The notes under the pieces are model-generated. The model saw nothing but the letters and a program-made list of their open reading frames with translations, was not told the DNA's origin and did no database searches. 64,000 nt of DNA from NCBI GenBank assembly GCA_028819495.1, contig JAPPLI010000100.1, positions 4,190 through 68,189 of the forward strand, written 5' to 3'. This document shows, one piece after another, positions 1-9,790 of the stretch; within the stretch, counting starts at the first letter, position 1, and each line of letters starts with the position of its first letter. The position numbers and the translations under genes are program-made. The DNA is from Gammaproteobacteria bacterium. GTDB lineage: Bacteria; Pseudomonadota; Gammaproteobacteria; Eutrophobiales; Eutrophobiaceae.

Positions 1-1308
1 ATGCAGCGCGATATCAAACAACACCTCCTTCAATGGAAAGACTCGGACAGGCGTAAGCCTCTGGTCTTGCGCGGCGCGCGCCAGACCGGCAAAACCTATT
101 CCCTGAGAGAGTTCGGCCAGCAACACTACAAGCGCCTTGCCTACCTGAACTTTGAAGAGACGGTGTCCGCCTCACAAATTTTCCAGGCGGACTTGGACCC
201 GCATCGGATCATCTCGGAAATCGGCCTGATGCTGGATCTGCCCATCATCCCGGCTGAGACGTTGGTCGTTTTTGATGAGGTTCAGGCTTGTCCCAATGCG
301 CTTACGAGCCTGAAATATTTTGCCGAGAAGGCCGGCAAGTACCATGTTGCTGCGGCAGGCTCGTTACTGGGCGTTAAACTGGGCAAACCGGCGAGTTTTC
401 CGGTGGGGAAAGTGAATTTCCTGGATTTGTATCCGCTCAGCTTCTGTGAGTTTCTTGACGCCCTGGATAAAAGCCGGCTGCGTGAACATATCGATTCCAT
501 CGACAGGTTAAGCCCCCTCCCCGCCCCCATTCACGAGCAGTTAATTCACTTGTTGAAGGTCTACACCTTTACCGGGGGGATGCCGGAAGCGGTCATGCGC
601 TACCGGGAAAACCAGGACCTGCATAGCGTCAGAACAATACAGAGAGAAGTCCTGAACGCCTACCTGCTGGACTTCTCCAAGCATGCCGACCCGCGCGAGG
701 TCATGAAAATTTCCACGGTCTGGAACCAGGTCCAAAGCCAACTGGCAAAGGAAAACAAAAAATTTATCTTTTCGGCGGTTCGAAAAGGCGCTCGGGGGCG
801 TGAATATGAGAACGCTATTCAGTGGTTGCTGGACGCGGGGCTGATCTACAAATCGGTGAAAATTTCCGCTCCCAGGTTGCCGGTTGAGGCGTATGCCCAA
901 TCCAATATATTCAAGATTTACCTGCTGGACCCCGGCCTGCTTGCGGCGATGGCCGACATACCTGCCCGCATACTGATTGAAGGCCACCGGCTGTTTACCG
1001 AATACAAAGGCGCTTTCATTGAAAACCTGGCCGCGGCCACCCTGGTCGGCGTTCACGGGAAACAGCTATATTACTGGGCCAGCGAAAACATGGCTGAAGT
1101 CGATCTCGTCGTTCCGTACGAGCATGAACTCTATCCGTTGGAGGTGAAGGCAGGAATTTCAAGGAAGAAAAAGAGCCTGCTTGCCTATGACGACAGGTAT
1201 TACCCCCCCAAGCTGGTAAGGACGACACTGATGAACCTGCGACAGGATGGCAGGATAATCAATATCCCGTTGTACCTGTTACACAGGTTTCCGGGGATTG
1301 TCCTTTAG
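1..1308 (+). CDS. AAA+ ATPase (AAA_14 + DUF4143 family)
   Basis: Walker A GARQTGKT, Walker B VFDEVQ, GGMPEAV motif, C-terminal EVDLV...PLEVKAG nuclease-like DUF4143 signature. Confidence 0.9.
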   Translation: MQRDIKQHLLQWKDSDRRKPLVLRGARQTGKTYSLREFGQQHYKRLAYLNFEETVSASQIFQADLDPHRIISEIGLMLDLPIIPAETLVVFDEVQACPNALTSLKYFAEKAGKYHVAAAGSLLGVKLGKPASFPVGKVNFLDLYPLSFCEFLDALDKSRLREHIDSIDRLSPLPAPIHEQLIHLLKVYTFTGGMPEAVMRYRENQDLHSVRTIQREVLNAYLLDFSKHADPREVMKISTVWNQVQSQLAKENKKFIFSAVRKGARGREYENAIQWLLDAGLIYKSVKISAPRLPVEAYAQSNIFKIYLLDPGLLAAMADIPARILIEGHRLFTEYKGAFIENLAAATLVGVHGKQLYYWASENMAEVDLVVPYEHELYPLEVKAGISRKKKSLLAYDDRYYPPKLVRTTLMNLRQDGRIINIPLYLLHRFPGIVL

Positions 1309-1538
1309 GGACCCGCACGCACGGCGTCCACTTCGTCATCAACCAGTTTAAGAATTTCCTGCTGATCATATCCGGCATTACGATCCTTGACCTGTTGAAC
1401 AGTTAGCTCAAACACGCGGCGGCGCACTGCTTCATCAACGAAGCGGGACAGGTCACCTTTTTTACCGCCATTACGAGCAAGAAAGGCTCGAACCATCCTG
1501 TCCGTTTCTTCGGGGATTGTGATGTTCCATCGAACCAC
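1305..1538 (-). CDS. Ribbon-helix-helix protein (XACb0070-like), probable antitoxin/regulator
   Basis: 77 aa; VRWNITI beta-strand followed by GGKKGDLSRFVDEAV; GTG start 3 nt after the RloB stop. Confidence 0.75.
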   Translation of the reverse strand: MVRWNITIPEETDRMVRAFLARNGGKKGDLSRFVDEAVRRRVFELTVQQVKDRNAGYDQQEILKLVDDEVDAVRAGP

Positions 1539-1541
1539 GAC

Positions 1542-2120
1542 TCATTTCCTCAGGCTAGGAAAGATTCGGTCAAAACCTATGCCGATTAGAAAATCTTTCA
1601 AGCTGTCTTCTACCGTACAGGCCCGCATAAGACCGTCTTCACCCAGTTGTTTATAGATAGACCTGGCGTCAATCCCCTTGAAATACTCGGGCCAGACTTT
1701 TGTCAGATCGGATAATGATACATCGGCAGGAGGTCTTTTATTCTCACTTCCGGGAAAGTGTCTCAACAGGAATGCCTCAAAATTCGTATTGCTATAAAGC
1801 AGCTTGATATCACTACCTGAGGCCAACGGTCCTATTTTGTTATCCCTGTCATTAGAACGGCCCAATTTATCCGCATCCAGCATTATGGCCTTTACCAGGT
1901 AGTCTCCGTGGTTTCTTGAATTCCGTTTCATCAGCTTGATCGATTCCTCGACTACTTTTAATGGGTCTCCGCCACCGGTCACATAGTTGCAATCAATGTG
2001 TACCGGTAAATTATACTTCTCTGCAATGAGCCGTAGGTACTGCCCGTAATTTCTCTCGCTGAGGCCCTCGGATCCCAGGAAAATCCTTTTTCGCGTCTTT
2101 CTTCCCTGCATTGGTAACAA
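1542..2120 (-). CDS. RloB/AbiLii-like (TOPRIM-like) protein
   Basis: IFLGSEGLSERNY N-terminal motif, DAD, SNTNFEAFLLRHF; directly downstream of an AAA_21 ATPase. Confidence 0.75.
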   Translation of the reverse strand: MLPMQGRKTRKRIFLGSEGLSERNYGQYLRLIAEKYNLPVHIDCNYVTGGGDPLKVVEESIKLMKRNSRNHGDYLVKAIMLDADKLGRSNDRDNKIGPLASGSDIKLLYSNTNFEAFLLRHFPGSENKRPPADVSLSDLTKVWPEYFKGIDARSIYKQLGEDGLMRACTVEDSLKDFLIGIGFDRIFPSLRK

Positions 2121-2123
2121 ACC

Positions 2124-3338
2124 TCAACCGATATTCGGCACAGCGCCGAATACACCGCCCAGGTACTTTTTATAGTAGTTGTCTACTCTTCTGACTCCGG
2201 AGATGTCTTTTAACCCGTAGACCTGGGTCCTGCCATCATGAGTTTTCTCGGTGAAATAGATTTCCTCTTTTTCCAGGTGCTCCAGTAAAGATGCATTGTG
2301 GCACGCCATGAATAATTGGGCGTTATGGGGGTTGGTTCGTTCATCGTGGAACCAGCCGATGATTTCCGGCATCAGGGCTGGGTGAACGTCATTGTCTATT
2401 TCATCAAGAACCAGTAATCCTCCTGATTCAAGCACATGGTCAATATAAGGAAATAGGGTAAAAAACTTTTGTGTACCCTGCGACTCTAAAATGTATGGCA
2501 CTTCACAATTTAACCCGGAATGTTTGAAAACAGGCTCTGGTACACGATTGTAAATTGTACTGATAGCAACATTATCGATGCCCAAATCCAGCATTCGTAA
2601 TTTACTGTTCAATTTTTTCAGCACATCTTCGTTTGATGCATAAAATTTAGTGATCAGATTCTCATCAAAATCATTTTTTTGCAGTGTAGATATATTCGTG
2701 AAAATTGAATTTAACACCGAAGTGAAAGCGTTGGAGACTGCATGGTTGTATGGAACCAGTGTGGGTATGACACTGGCATTATCCCGAAAGGTTTGAAGCG
2801 GATAATCTTTTACTTTGACTTTAAATTCGGGGGAATCCTTTATCTGTTCCCTTTCACGATAGAACAACCTGCGGAATTTACCTTCCGGCGCAAAATACAA
2901 GCTTTCTGACTCAACAACAGGCTTGGGTTCTGGTTGGAGTAGAGTTTTATTGCCGGGATCGTGCCGTATCTCCAGGCTGTATCGATAAATGCAAGACTTT
3001 CCTGCCTCTATCAAATCGCTGTCGAATTCAACTTCAAATCGAGAAATACTATGCTTGGCCTCTAAATCGAGGAACGGCATCAGGCGTAAAGTATTTGTTG
3101 GTGTCTGATTAAACGATTCGGTTAAAAACCACTTTAAAAATCCCAACGCCCGCAATACGGTCGTCTTACCTGAAGCATTTGCGCCGAAAATTGAAACTAC
3201 CTTGGGAATCCTGGTAGTGGATATTTCCTTATTAATGGCGAAGCAGGGAGAATCCGGCGCATTGCTGGGCACTGCAAGATCAAGAACCTGTTTATCCTTG
3301 ATCGAATAAAAATTTTCGATTGATATCTTCCTTAGCAT
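2124..3338 (-). CDS. AAA_21 ABC-type ATPase (RloA/AbiLi-like)
   Basis: ENFYSIKD start, Walker A GANASGKT, ESQGTQK signature, Walker B LVLDEID, H-loop ACHN, C-terminal YLGGVFGAVP; AT-rich DNA. Confidence 0.88.
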   Translation of the reverse strand: MLRKISIENFYSIKDKQVLDLAVPSNAPDSPCFAINKEISTTRIPKVVSIFGANASGKTTVLRALGFLKWFLTESFNQTPTNTLRLMPFLDLEAKHSISRFEVEFDSDLIEAGKSCIYRYSLEIRHDPGNKTLLQPEPKPVVESESLYFAPEGKFRRLFYREREQIKDSPEFKVKVKDYPLQTFRDNASVIPTLVPYNHAVSNAFTSVLNSIFTNISTLQKNDFDENLITKFYASNEDVLKKLNSKLRMLDLGIDNVAISTIYNRVPEPVFKHSGLNCEVPYILESQGTQKFFTLFPYIDHVLESGGLLVLDEIDNDVHPALMPEIIGWFHDERTNPHNAQLFMACHNASLLEHLEKEEIYFTEKTHDGRTQVYGLKDISGVRRVDNYYKKYLGGVFGAVPNIG

Positions 3339-3372
3339 GACATTATGACAAAAATAATACTTATTTTCGAGA

Positions 3373-3397
3373 TTAACGTATTATAATCATACGTTAA
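3373..3397. promoter_or_regulatory. Palindromic putative operator upstream of the AAA_21 gene
   Basis: TTAACGTA-N9-TACGTTAA in the AT-rich intergenic region. Confidence 0.4.
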
Positions 3398-3446
3398 ATG
3401 CAATATAAGACAATTTTTTGTCTATGTCAAGATTTAACAGATCTTT

Positions 3447-4322
3447 TTATTCCCTTTCCAGCACCCCCTGACACGCTGCCGGCAAATCGGCCATCATGAT
3501 TTCAGGCGGTTGATCTTCCGGCGCCCGAGGTGGCGGGTACAATGCCTCGTCGGTGAACCACCAGTCCAGTTCCTCGTTGCAGCCGTCGCCCTCGGGCGGT
3601 GGTTCCTGGTCGGTGCAGGCACTCGCTTCCGGGCAGTGTAGACGCACGTGGAAATGGGAATCATGGCCCCACCACGGGCGGACCTTGCGTAACCAGTCGG
3701 TGTCGTCCTCCGTACGGTCCCGACACAGGCGGCGTTTGATCGCAGCATTCACGAAGATGCGGGCGACAGCTTCATCCCGCGCCGTAGCCTCGATGACCTC
3801 GGAATGCGCGCCGGTCCAGTTACCATTCACCTGCAACCGGCTTGCCGCGACCATCGAAGGGGAATTGATCTTCTCTCGTTCCGCCGCGCTCAACTTCAGG
3901 CTGCCCGGCGCACGTAGCCATATATCGGCGTCGAGACCGATCTGGTGCGAACGGTGGCTGGACACCATGGGCCCGCCGCGGGGATGGCTGATATCTCCCA
4001 CGTACAACCCGGCCCAGCCCACGGCCTGGGCTGCGCGTGACAGCCGCTCAATGAACGCGATCATATCGGGATGGCCCCAGTTGCGGTTGCGAGACAGGCG
4101 CATCGCCTGCCAGCGAGGACCTGTTTCGGGAAGCTGGGCCGCGCCCGCCAGGCATCCTGCCGCGTAACCGCCGAACGGAGCAGGCACAGCATTGGTAGGC
4201 GCGTCGATTGCGCTGAAGGCGAACTTGGCGGGCTGTTCGTTTTGCGCGCCTGCGCCGAAAGCGGATGAAAGGATGAGGGTGAATATCAACGCCCGTCCGG
4301 CGCGTCGGGCAGTTGGTGTCAT
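3447..4322 (-). CDS. mepA: Penicillin-insensitive murein endopeptidase
   Basis: Signal peptide; GCLAGA, RNRNWGHP, HRSHQIGLDADIW, VRPWWGHDSHFHVRL motifs. Confidence 0.92.
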   Translation of the reverse strand: MTPTARRAGRALIFTLILSSAFGAGAQNEQPAKFAFSAIDAPTNAVPAPFGGYAAGCLAGAAQLPETGPRWQAMRLSRNRNWGHPDMIAFIERLSRAAQAVGWAGLYVGDISHPRGGPMVSSHRSHQIGLDADIWLRAPGSLKLSAAEREKINSPSMVAASRLQVNGNWTGAHSEVIEATARDEAVARIFVNAAIKRRLCRDRTEDDTDWLRKVRPWWGHDSHFHVRLHCPEASACTDQEPPPEGDGCNEELDWWFTDEALYPPPRAPEDQPPEIMMADLPAACQGVLERE

Positions 4323-4362
4323 GGGATCGCTCCCGGCATATCCCGGTTATTCCGAGGCCGCG

Positions 4363-4788
4363 TCATTCCGGAGTAAATTCACTCATACTCGGCGGATAAG
4401 TATCGTATTTCGGCAGGTCGTCGTTGACTTCGCACCAGCTTGCCTTGGACTGCCAGAACATATGTGCGGCATGCCCGATTTCAACCTCACCGTCCAGGGT
4501 GGCGGCGGTTGCAGCCAGCACCTCGCCGCCGTTGATCTCCGCGACCAGGGCGGAACCGCACACGCTGCAGAACAGCCTGGCGGAGTGGGAGCTGGACTGG
4601 TAGCGGGCGACCAGTTCCTTGCCTTCCGTCCAGGTGAACTTATCGGGAGGCACCGGCTCGATATAAGTACCGAACGCAGCGCCGTGGTATTTCTGGCAGA
4701 AAGTGCAGTGGCAATGGTCGATGTCATCGGACGTGGTATTCACTTCGTAGCGGATTTTTCCGCACAGGCAACTGCCCCGGGCTTTCAT
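4363..4788 (-). CDS. GFA/CENP-V family Zn-binding protein
   Basis: GSCLCG...HCHCTFCQK...FCSVCGS cysteine pattern. Confidence 0.9.
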   Translation of the reverse strand: MKARGSCLCGKIRYEVNTTSDDIDHCHCTFCQKYHGAAFGTYIEPVPPDKFTWTEGKELVARYQSSSHSARLFCSVCGSALVAEINGGEVLAATAATLDGEVEIGHAAHMFWQSKASWCEVNDDLPKYDTYPPSMSEFTPE

Positions 4789-4829
4789 GACGACCTCTGA
4801 TCAGGTTGAGAATCTGCAGATATTATGCC

Positions 4830-6449
4830 TCATCCGTCCCGCATCTGCTTGAAGCCCGCCACGAAGCGGCTCAAGGTCTTGGACATGAGGCCGCGCGCCA
4901 GGCTGATGTCGATCAACTGGAAGCAGGATTCATCCCCGAAGGCTCGGTCCAGGGCGGCGTGTAACTCCCGTTTTGTGCCGACCGCCTGCCCGTTGCCTCC
5001 CAGGGCGTTCGCCAAGGCGGCATAATCCAGCCGGTCCAGGTCGTTGAACGCGGATTCCGGTTGGAACGCCCGCAGCATCTCCCAACTGCTGTTGTTGAAT
5101 ACCAGCACGATGGGGTTCCAGCCGTAACGCCGGCAGTTCAGCAGTTCCATCCCGGTCATCTGGAACGCCCCGTCGCCCACCAGGATGAGCGGCCGCCGGC
5201 CCGTGGCGGCCTGTACCCCCAGGCCGGAGGGGACGCCGTAGCCCATGGTGGCGTAATAGCCCGGCGCCACCAGTTCGGTGTATTCCATGTCCATGGCGGT
5301 AAACAGGCAATCGCCCATGTCCGCGGCGATGGGCAAGGCGCCGTAGCGGTGGAACATGTCGTTCACCGCAGTGGCGATATCGGTCGGGGTGATGGGATCA
5401 TCCGTCAATGCCAGGTCCTTCGGATGTTCAAACCGGGCGGCCTCCCGTTGCGGCCGGTCCGGCAGTTTGCCGTTCAGGGCCAGCACCAGTTCCTGCAGCG
5501 GGATGTCCGGGTACACGTGGAAACCCAGGGACACCGAACCGTCACAGGCCAGCACGGTCTTCCTGAGGTCGATCTTCTTTTCGGAAATGCCGAAGTTGGT
5601 ATCGGACAACAATACTCCCAGCAGGAACAGTCCGTCGGAGGACTCGACCAGGCCGGTCAGGGACTGCTCCCCGGCAATCCCCATGTACGTGCCCCTGAGG
5701 TCCACCGGCTGTCCCGCCAGGAGGCCCTTGCCCATGAAGGTCGTGACAACCGGTATGCCCAGTTTGCGGCTCAGCAGCGCAACCTCCTGTTCCAGCCCGT
5801 AACGGCGGATTTCCACCCCTACCATGAGCACAGGGGAGCGCGCCTGCCCCAGGGCTTCGATGATCTCATCGGTGCAGGCATCCAGCGCGTCCGCGTCACA
5901 ATCACTGGTCAGCGGCAGTACGGGCACGGGGTCACAGGGTTCGAACACCTGGTCCCTGGGCACTTCGATGTAAACGGGGCGGGAGTCGATAATGCAGTTT
6001 CTCAGGACCCGCGCAATCTGCGCCGGCGCCTGCGCCGTATCTTCCAGGACCGCCTGGTCGCAGGTCACTTCCCTGTATACCTGCACCTGGGAATTGAGTT
6101 GCCTGGCCTGGTGGTGCACCAGCAGACCGGTGGACTTGTCCGCCCTCCCCGGTCCGCCGGATATGACGATGACCGGCGACTTTTCCGCATAGGCGGCCGC
6201 GACCGGGTTCACCATGTTGAGCGCCCCGGCGCCGTATGTCACCGCCGCCACGGAAGGCCTGGTATGGAAACGGGCAGCAGCATCGGCGGCGAAGCCCACG
6301 GCGGGTTCATGGCTCAGGGTGTACAGCGGCAGGATTTGGGTCTCTTCGATGACCTTGAACAGCGGCAGTGCGAAATCACCGGGGATCCCGAAGATTTCCT
6401 TGACGCCGTAGGCTTTCAGGGCCGTGAGGAGTTGCTCGGCGAGGTTCAT
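4830..6449 (-). CDS. ipdC: Indolepyruvate/phenylpyruvate decarboxylase (ThDP-dependent, Azospirillum type)
   Basis: IFGIPGDFALP, HEPAVGFAADA, LVHHQ, ThDP motif GDGAFQMTG...NN. Confidence 0.88.
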   Translation of the reverse strand: MNLAEQLLTALKAYGVKEIFGIPGDFALPLFKVIEETQILPLYTLSHEPAVGFAADAAARFHTRPSVAAVTYGAGALNMVNPVAAAYAEKSPVIVISGGPGRADKSTGLLVHHQARQLNSQVQVYREVTCDQAVLEDTAQAPAQIARVLRNCIIDSRPVYIEVPRDQVFEPCDPVPVLPLTSDCDADALDACTDEIIEALGQARSPVLMVGVEIRRYGLEQEVALLSRKLGIPVVTTFMGKGLLAGQPVDLRGTYMGIAGEQSLTGLVESSDGLFLLGVLLSDTNFGISEKKIDLRKTVLACDGSVSLGFHVYPDIPLQELVLALNGKLPDRPQREAARFEHPKDLALTDDPITPTDIATAVNDMFHRYGALPIAADMGDCLFTAMDMEYTELVAPGYYATMGYGVPSGLGVQAATGRRPLILVGDGAFQMTGMELLNCRRYGWNPIVLVFNNSSWEMLRAFQPESAFNDLDRLDYAALANALGGNGQAVGTKRELHAALDRAFGDESCFQLIDISLARGLMSKTLSRFVAGFKQMRDG

Positions 6450-6466
6450 CTCCTATCCTTCGACAG

Positions 6467-6539
6467 GGGGACGGAATGAATTCCGTCCCCGGATTCCCTG
6501 ATGATGGATGGTGATGGGGACGGATTTAAATCCGTCCCC
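6467..6539. repeat. Two 24-bp palindromes of family B (GGGGACGGA...TCCGTCCCC)
   Basis: 6467-6490 GGGGACGGAATGAATTCCGTCCCC and 6516-6539 GGGGACGGATTTAAATCCGTCCCC; the second contains the hydrolase stop codon. Confidence 0.85.
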
Positions 6540-7350
6540 TGTTATCCCGATAACACCCGTCGCAAAACTCAAGCATGTGCGCGTTGAAATCTTCCGCGAA
6601 CTCATGGAAGGAAAGATGGGCGGGCATGTAATAAATTCTCGCATTCGGTTGATTCTCGCTGATCCACTGCCCGGCCGCCTTTCTCCAGTCCTCGCGCACC
6701 ACCTGCATTACCGGTATCTCATTGTCGATCCTGCGGGCAACCTCGCGGTAGTCCAGGTCAAAGCTGGTCCTGATCAGTTCGCAGGCGACAGCTTCTGGCG
6801 TCCTGGCGGCCTCGTTCAGCATGTCCCGGACAAAATCCGGGTCGGGCTTCTCTACGTAGCAATGGTACAGGTAATCCTCGAAGAATTTCAAATGACCCCG
6901 CCTTGTCAGCATCTCCAGGCCGGCCCGGAGTTCATGTTCCTCTCCTTCTCCCCAGTCGGTCCCGTTCTCCTTCCTGATCTTCGGCGGCTCGTCAATGCTG
7001 ATAAACCCGCGCACTCCGGCGCTGCCGAACTGTTCAAAATACGAATACGCCGTGCACACGCCGAAGGACCAGCCGGCTATGAGGCAATCGTCCAGTTCAA
7101 GGCGGTTGATGAATTCATACAGGTCGGCGCCGTGCTGCCTGAAATCGTTGCCCGCGGCGGTCACGCCGGAAGCGCCGTGGCTGCGCTGGTCGTAGGCCAG
7201 GACCCGGTAACGCCCGGCGAAGGCCGGCAGGTTCCTGGCGAAGACCTTCGCAGTATAAGTCCAGCCCGGTATGAAAATGACCGGCTTGCCGGCGCCGTAA
7301 TCTACGTAAGCGAGCGTTAAGTCATCCGATATAACGAGTCGCTTTTTCAT
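6526..7350 (-). CDS. Alpha/beta hydrolase (non-heme haloperoxidase/esterase-like)
   Basis: FIPGW, DQRSHGAS, nucleophile elbow GWSFG, C-terminal His; start overlaps the TBDR stop (TGATG). Confidence 0.85.
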   Translation of the reverse strand: MKKRLVISDDLTLAYVDYGAGKPVIFIPGWTYTAKVFARNLPAFAGRYRVLAYDQRSHGASGVTAAGNDFRQHGADLYEFINRLELDDCLIAGWSFGVCTAYSYFEQFGSAGVRGFISIDEPPKIRKENGTDWGEGEEHELRAGLEMLTRRGHLKFFEDYLYHCYVEKPDPDFVRDMLNEAARTPEAVACELIRTSFDLDYREVARRIDNEIPVMQVVREDWRKAAGQWISENQPNARIYYMPAHLSFHEFAEDFNAHMLEFCDGCYRDNRGRI

Positions 7351-9662
7351 CAGAAGTCCTTGCGGACTTCGAGGCCGAAACTGCGCGGGCGGTTCGTGAC
7401 GATGCGCGGCCGTCCGGGCTTCTCCGCCGCGATGGAGCGGTTGTCGGACAGGTTGGCGTGTTCATTTGTCGCATTTTTAACGAACAGGGCCACGTCCCAA
7501 CTGCCTGCCTGGAAGGCGCCGATACGGACATTCAGCAACTCGAAGGAATCCCTTACCCGCGGCGGGATGGTGCCGCTGACGTTGTTGGCGCTGAGACTGT
7601 CGTCATAGTACGAATAATCGCCACGGATATAACCTTCCCAGTCGGCAAACAACGGGAAGCTGTATTCCGCGCCGGCGTTGAAGGTCACCTCCGGCACCTG
7701 CAGGATCCGATCGCCTTTCATTGTTCTTATTAAAGGATCGCCTTTTGTTATCTCGGCATCGGTGTAGCCGAAGCCCATTGATATATTCAGGCCTTCCACC
7801 GGCGCCGCCTGCAGTTCAACTTCAACCCCTTTGTTTTCTGCTTCCCCGGAATTGGCCACGTACTGGAAACCGCAGGCGAGCCGGTTCGTCTGCAAGGTAT
7901 CGTCCCAATTAATATTGAACGCCGAGACATTCAGATTGACCCGATCATCAAACAGCGATGACTTCATGCCCAGTTCAAAATTCCACAGCGAGTCGGAATC
8001 GAACGTGGCCACGTCTTCATTGGTAATACCCAGGTCTGCAAGCTCGGCGGCGCAGAAGGCCACCGGCACGGGCATATTGATGCCACCCTCGCGAAAACCC
8101 TTGGACGCGGAACCGTAAACCAGCAAATCATCAGTGACATCCAGTTCCAGCAGGACCTTGGGCACGACCCTGGAACTGCTGCGCGTCGGTGGCATGACGA
8201 TGGCAGGGCCGCCGTTGACAAAACCGCCGCGATCGGCGCTGAAGTCTATCGTCGTTTCCGACCAGCGTGCGCCCGCGGTCAATCGCAGACTTTCACTCAG
8301 CCTCAGCGTCAACTCGCCGAAAACCGCAATTTCCTCGGTGTCCTTATCATCGTAGGTATGGAACACCAGGTCGGACCCAAGCAGCCCCGGCGGAACCGGC
8401 ACCGGGAACCCCGGAACAATGCCGGTCAATATCGAATTGAGTATGCCGGTGAATTGTGCATTGATCCCAGGCGCAAAAGACGGCGGATAATTGAGGATAT
8501 GTTCCCTGTCCTCGTAGAATACGCCCAGCGTTATGGCCACGCCGTCAAACGGCAGGTCGCCGAAATCGGCAATCAGGCGGGTTTCGTGCACGAACGAGGT
8601 GTCTTCCTCTTCTTCGTAGACAAAGCTCGGTATATGAGGCTCTGGCAGGCCGCTGGCCGCAAACAGCAGGCCATCCAGGGTGCCGGTCTGGTCCTCGTAT
8701 TCCTTGATCTTCCGGTCAAACCCTGCCGTGGTGGATACGAGCTCGCCAAATCCGGTATCGATATTGACGGTCACACTGGCCAGCCACCATTCCTCTTCGC
8801 CGGGTTCCTCGATGTTGTTATGCCGCGGCACATCAAAATTGCCGGGGGAAAGGTCAGCAAGGGGCAGGTTGTCCGAATCCGTGCGCTGATACATGAACCG
8901 GGGTCTGATACTGATGTTATCCGTAGCATTCCAGACCAAAGAGATGGCGCCGCCGTAAAATTCATCGTCGTCGACATCTTCTACTGTATTGAATGCGGGC
9001 CGGTTGGAACCGGGAATATGCACCCGGTCAAAGATGCCCGAATTTTGCGCATAGTAAAATAACGCGCGGGCGCCCAGTACGCCTTCCACAATCGGCGCGT
9101 TCACGCTGCCATCCACCCGCCAGTTGATGTCTCCCTCCTTGATGTCCGATATCGATGTTCCCAGGTAGCCGCCAAACTCGTCGGTGTCAGCCTGTTTTGT
9201 GATAACGCGCACGGTGCCGCCCATGGAGCGCGCGCCGTAGAGGGTGCCTTGCGGTCCGCGCAATACTTCGACTCGCGAAATATCCGAGACACGCGGGTTC
9301 ATGTATTCCGGCACCGGGATGTCATCAATATAGAAACCGGTCGCGCCGACAACGCCGCCCCCCGCGACACCGCGGATTGCAGGAGAGCCTGAGTTAAAGC
9401 GGCCATCGGCTTCATTGCTGAAGCCCAGGTTGGGAATCTTCACGCCATAGTCGAATATGCCCTCGGCCCCGATACGTTGCAGTTCGAACTCCCCCAGGGC
9501 CGTGATGGACATGGCCGTATCCTGCAGGCTGGTCTCGCGCTTGGTCGCGGTAACGATAATCTCTTCAATAACCTGCGCCCGCGCCGGTAACGCGGCGACT
9601 GCACACAACAGGAATAAAATCACCCAATGTCGGGTATGGGTGATGATCTTTTTTCCAATCAT
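7350..9662 (-). CDS. TonB-dependent receptor
   Basis: Signal peptide, EEIIVTATKRE, VEVLRGPQGTLYG, terminal Phe; ATG 9662 preferred over the ORF start at 9701. Confidence 0.92.
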   Translation of the reverse strand: MIGKKIITHTRHWVILFLLCAVAALPARAQVIEEIIVTATKRETSLQDTAMSITALGEFELQRIGAEGIFDYGVKIPNLGFSNEADGRFNSGSPAIRGVAGGGVVGATGFYIDDIPVPEYMNPRVSDISRVEVLRGPQGTLYGARSMGGTVRVITKQADTDEFGGYLGTSISDIKEGDINWRVDGSVNAPIVEGVLGARALFYYAQNSGIFDRVHIPGSNRPAFNTVEDVDDDEFYGGAISLVWNATDNISIRPRFMYQRTDSDNLPLADLSPGNFDVPRHNNIEEPGEEEWWLASVTVNIDTGFGELVSTTAGFDRKIKEYEDQTGTLDGLLFAASGLPEPHIPSFVYEEEEDTSFVHETRLIADFGDLPFDGVAITLGVFYEDREHILNYPPSFAPGINAQFTGILNSILTGIVPGFPVPVPPGLLGSDLVFHTYDDKDTEEIAVFGELTLRLSESLRLTAGARWSETTIDFSADRGGFVNGGPAIVMPPTRSSSRVVPKVLLELDVTDDLLVYGSASKGFREGGINMPVPVAFCAAELADLGITNEDVATFDSDSLWNFELGMKSSLFDDRVNLNVSAFNINWDDTLQTNRLACGFQYVANSGEAENKGVEVELQAAPVEGLNISMGFGYTDAEITKGDPLIRTMKGDRILQVPEVTFNAGAEYSFPLFADWEGYIRGDYSYYDDSLSANNVSGTIPPRVRDSFELLNVRIGAFQAGSWDVALFVKNATNEHANLSDNRSIAAEKPGRPRIVTNRPRSFGLEVRKDF

Positions 9663-9790
9663 AACTATTCCCCATACAGATGTAGTTACAGGATTTGACA
9701 AGGGACAGTATTACTGCTTGAATTAAGAGAGTGTTATCCTCAATGCGCAAGAAAGTCGTATTTTTCAAACAGATTTGGTGAATACGTGCG

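Noticed and set aside
5061-7320. Long plus-strand ORFs 5061-6479 and 6508-7320
   Set aside because: Antisense shadows of ipdC and the hydrolase in GC-rich DNA; no recognisable motifs
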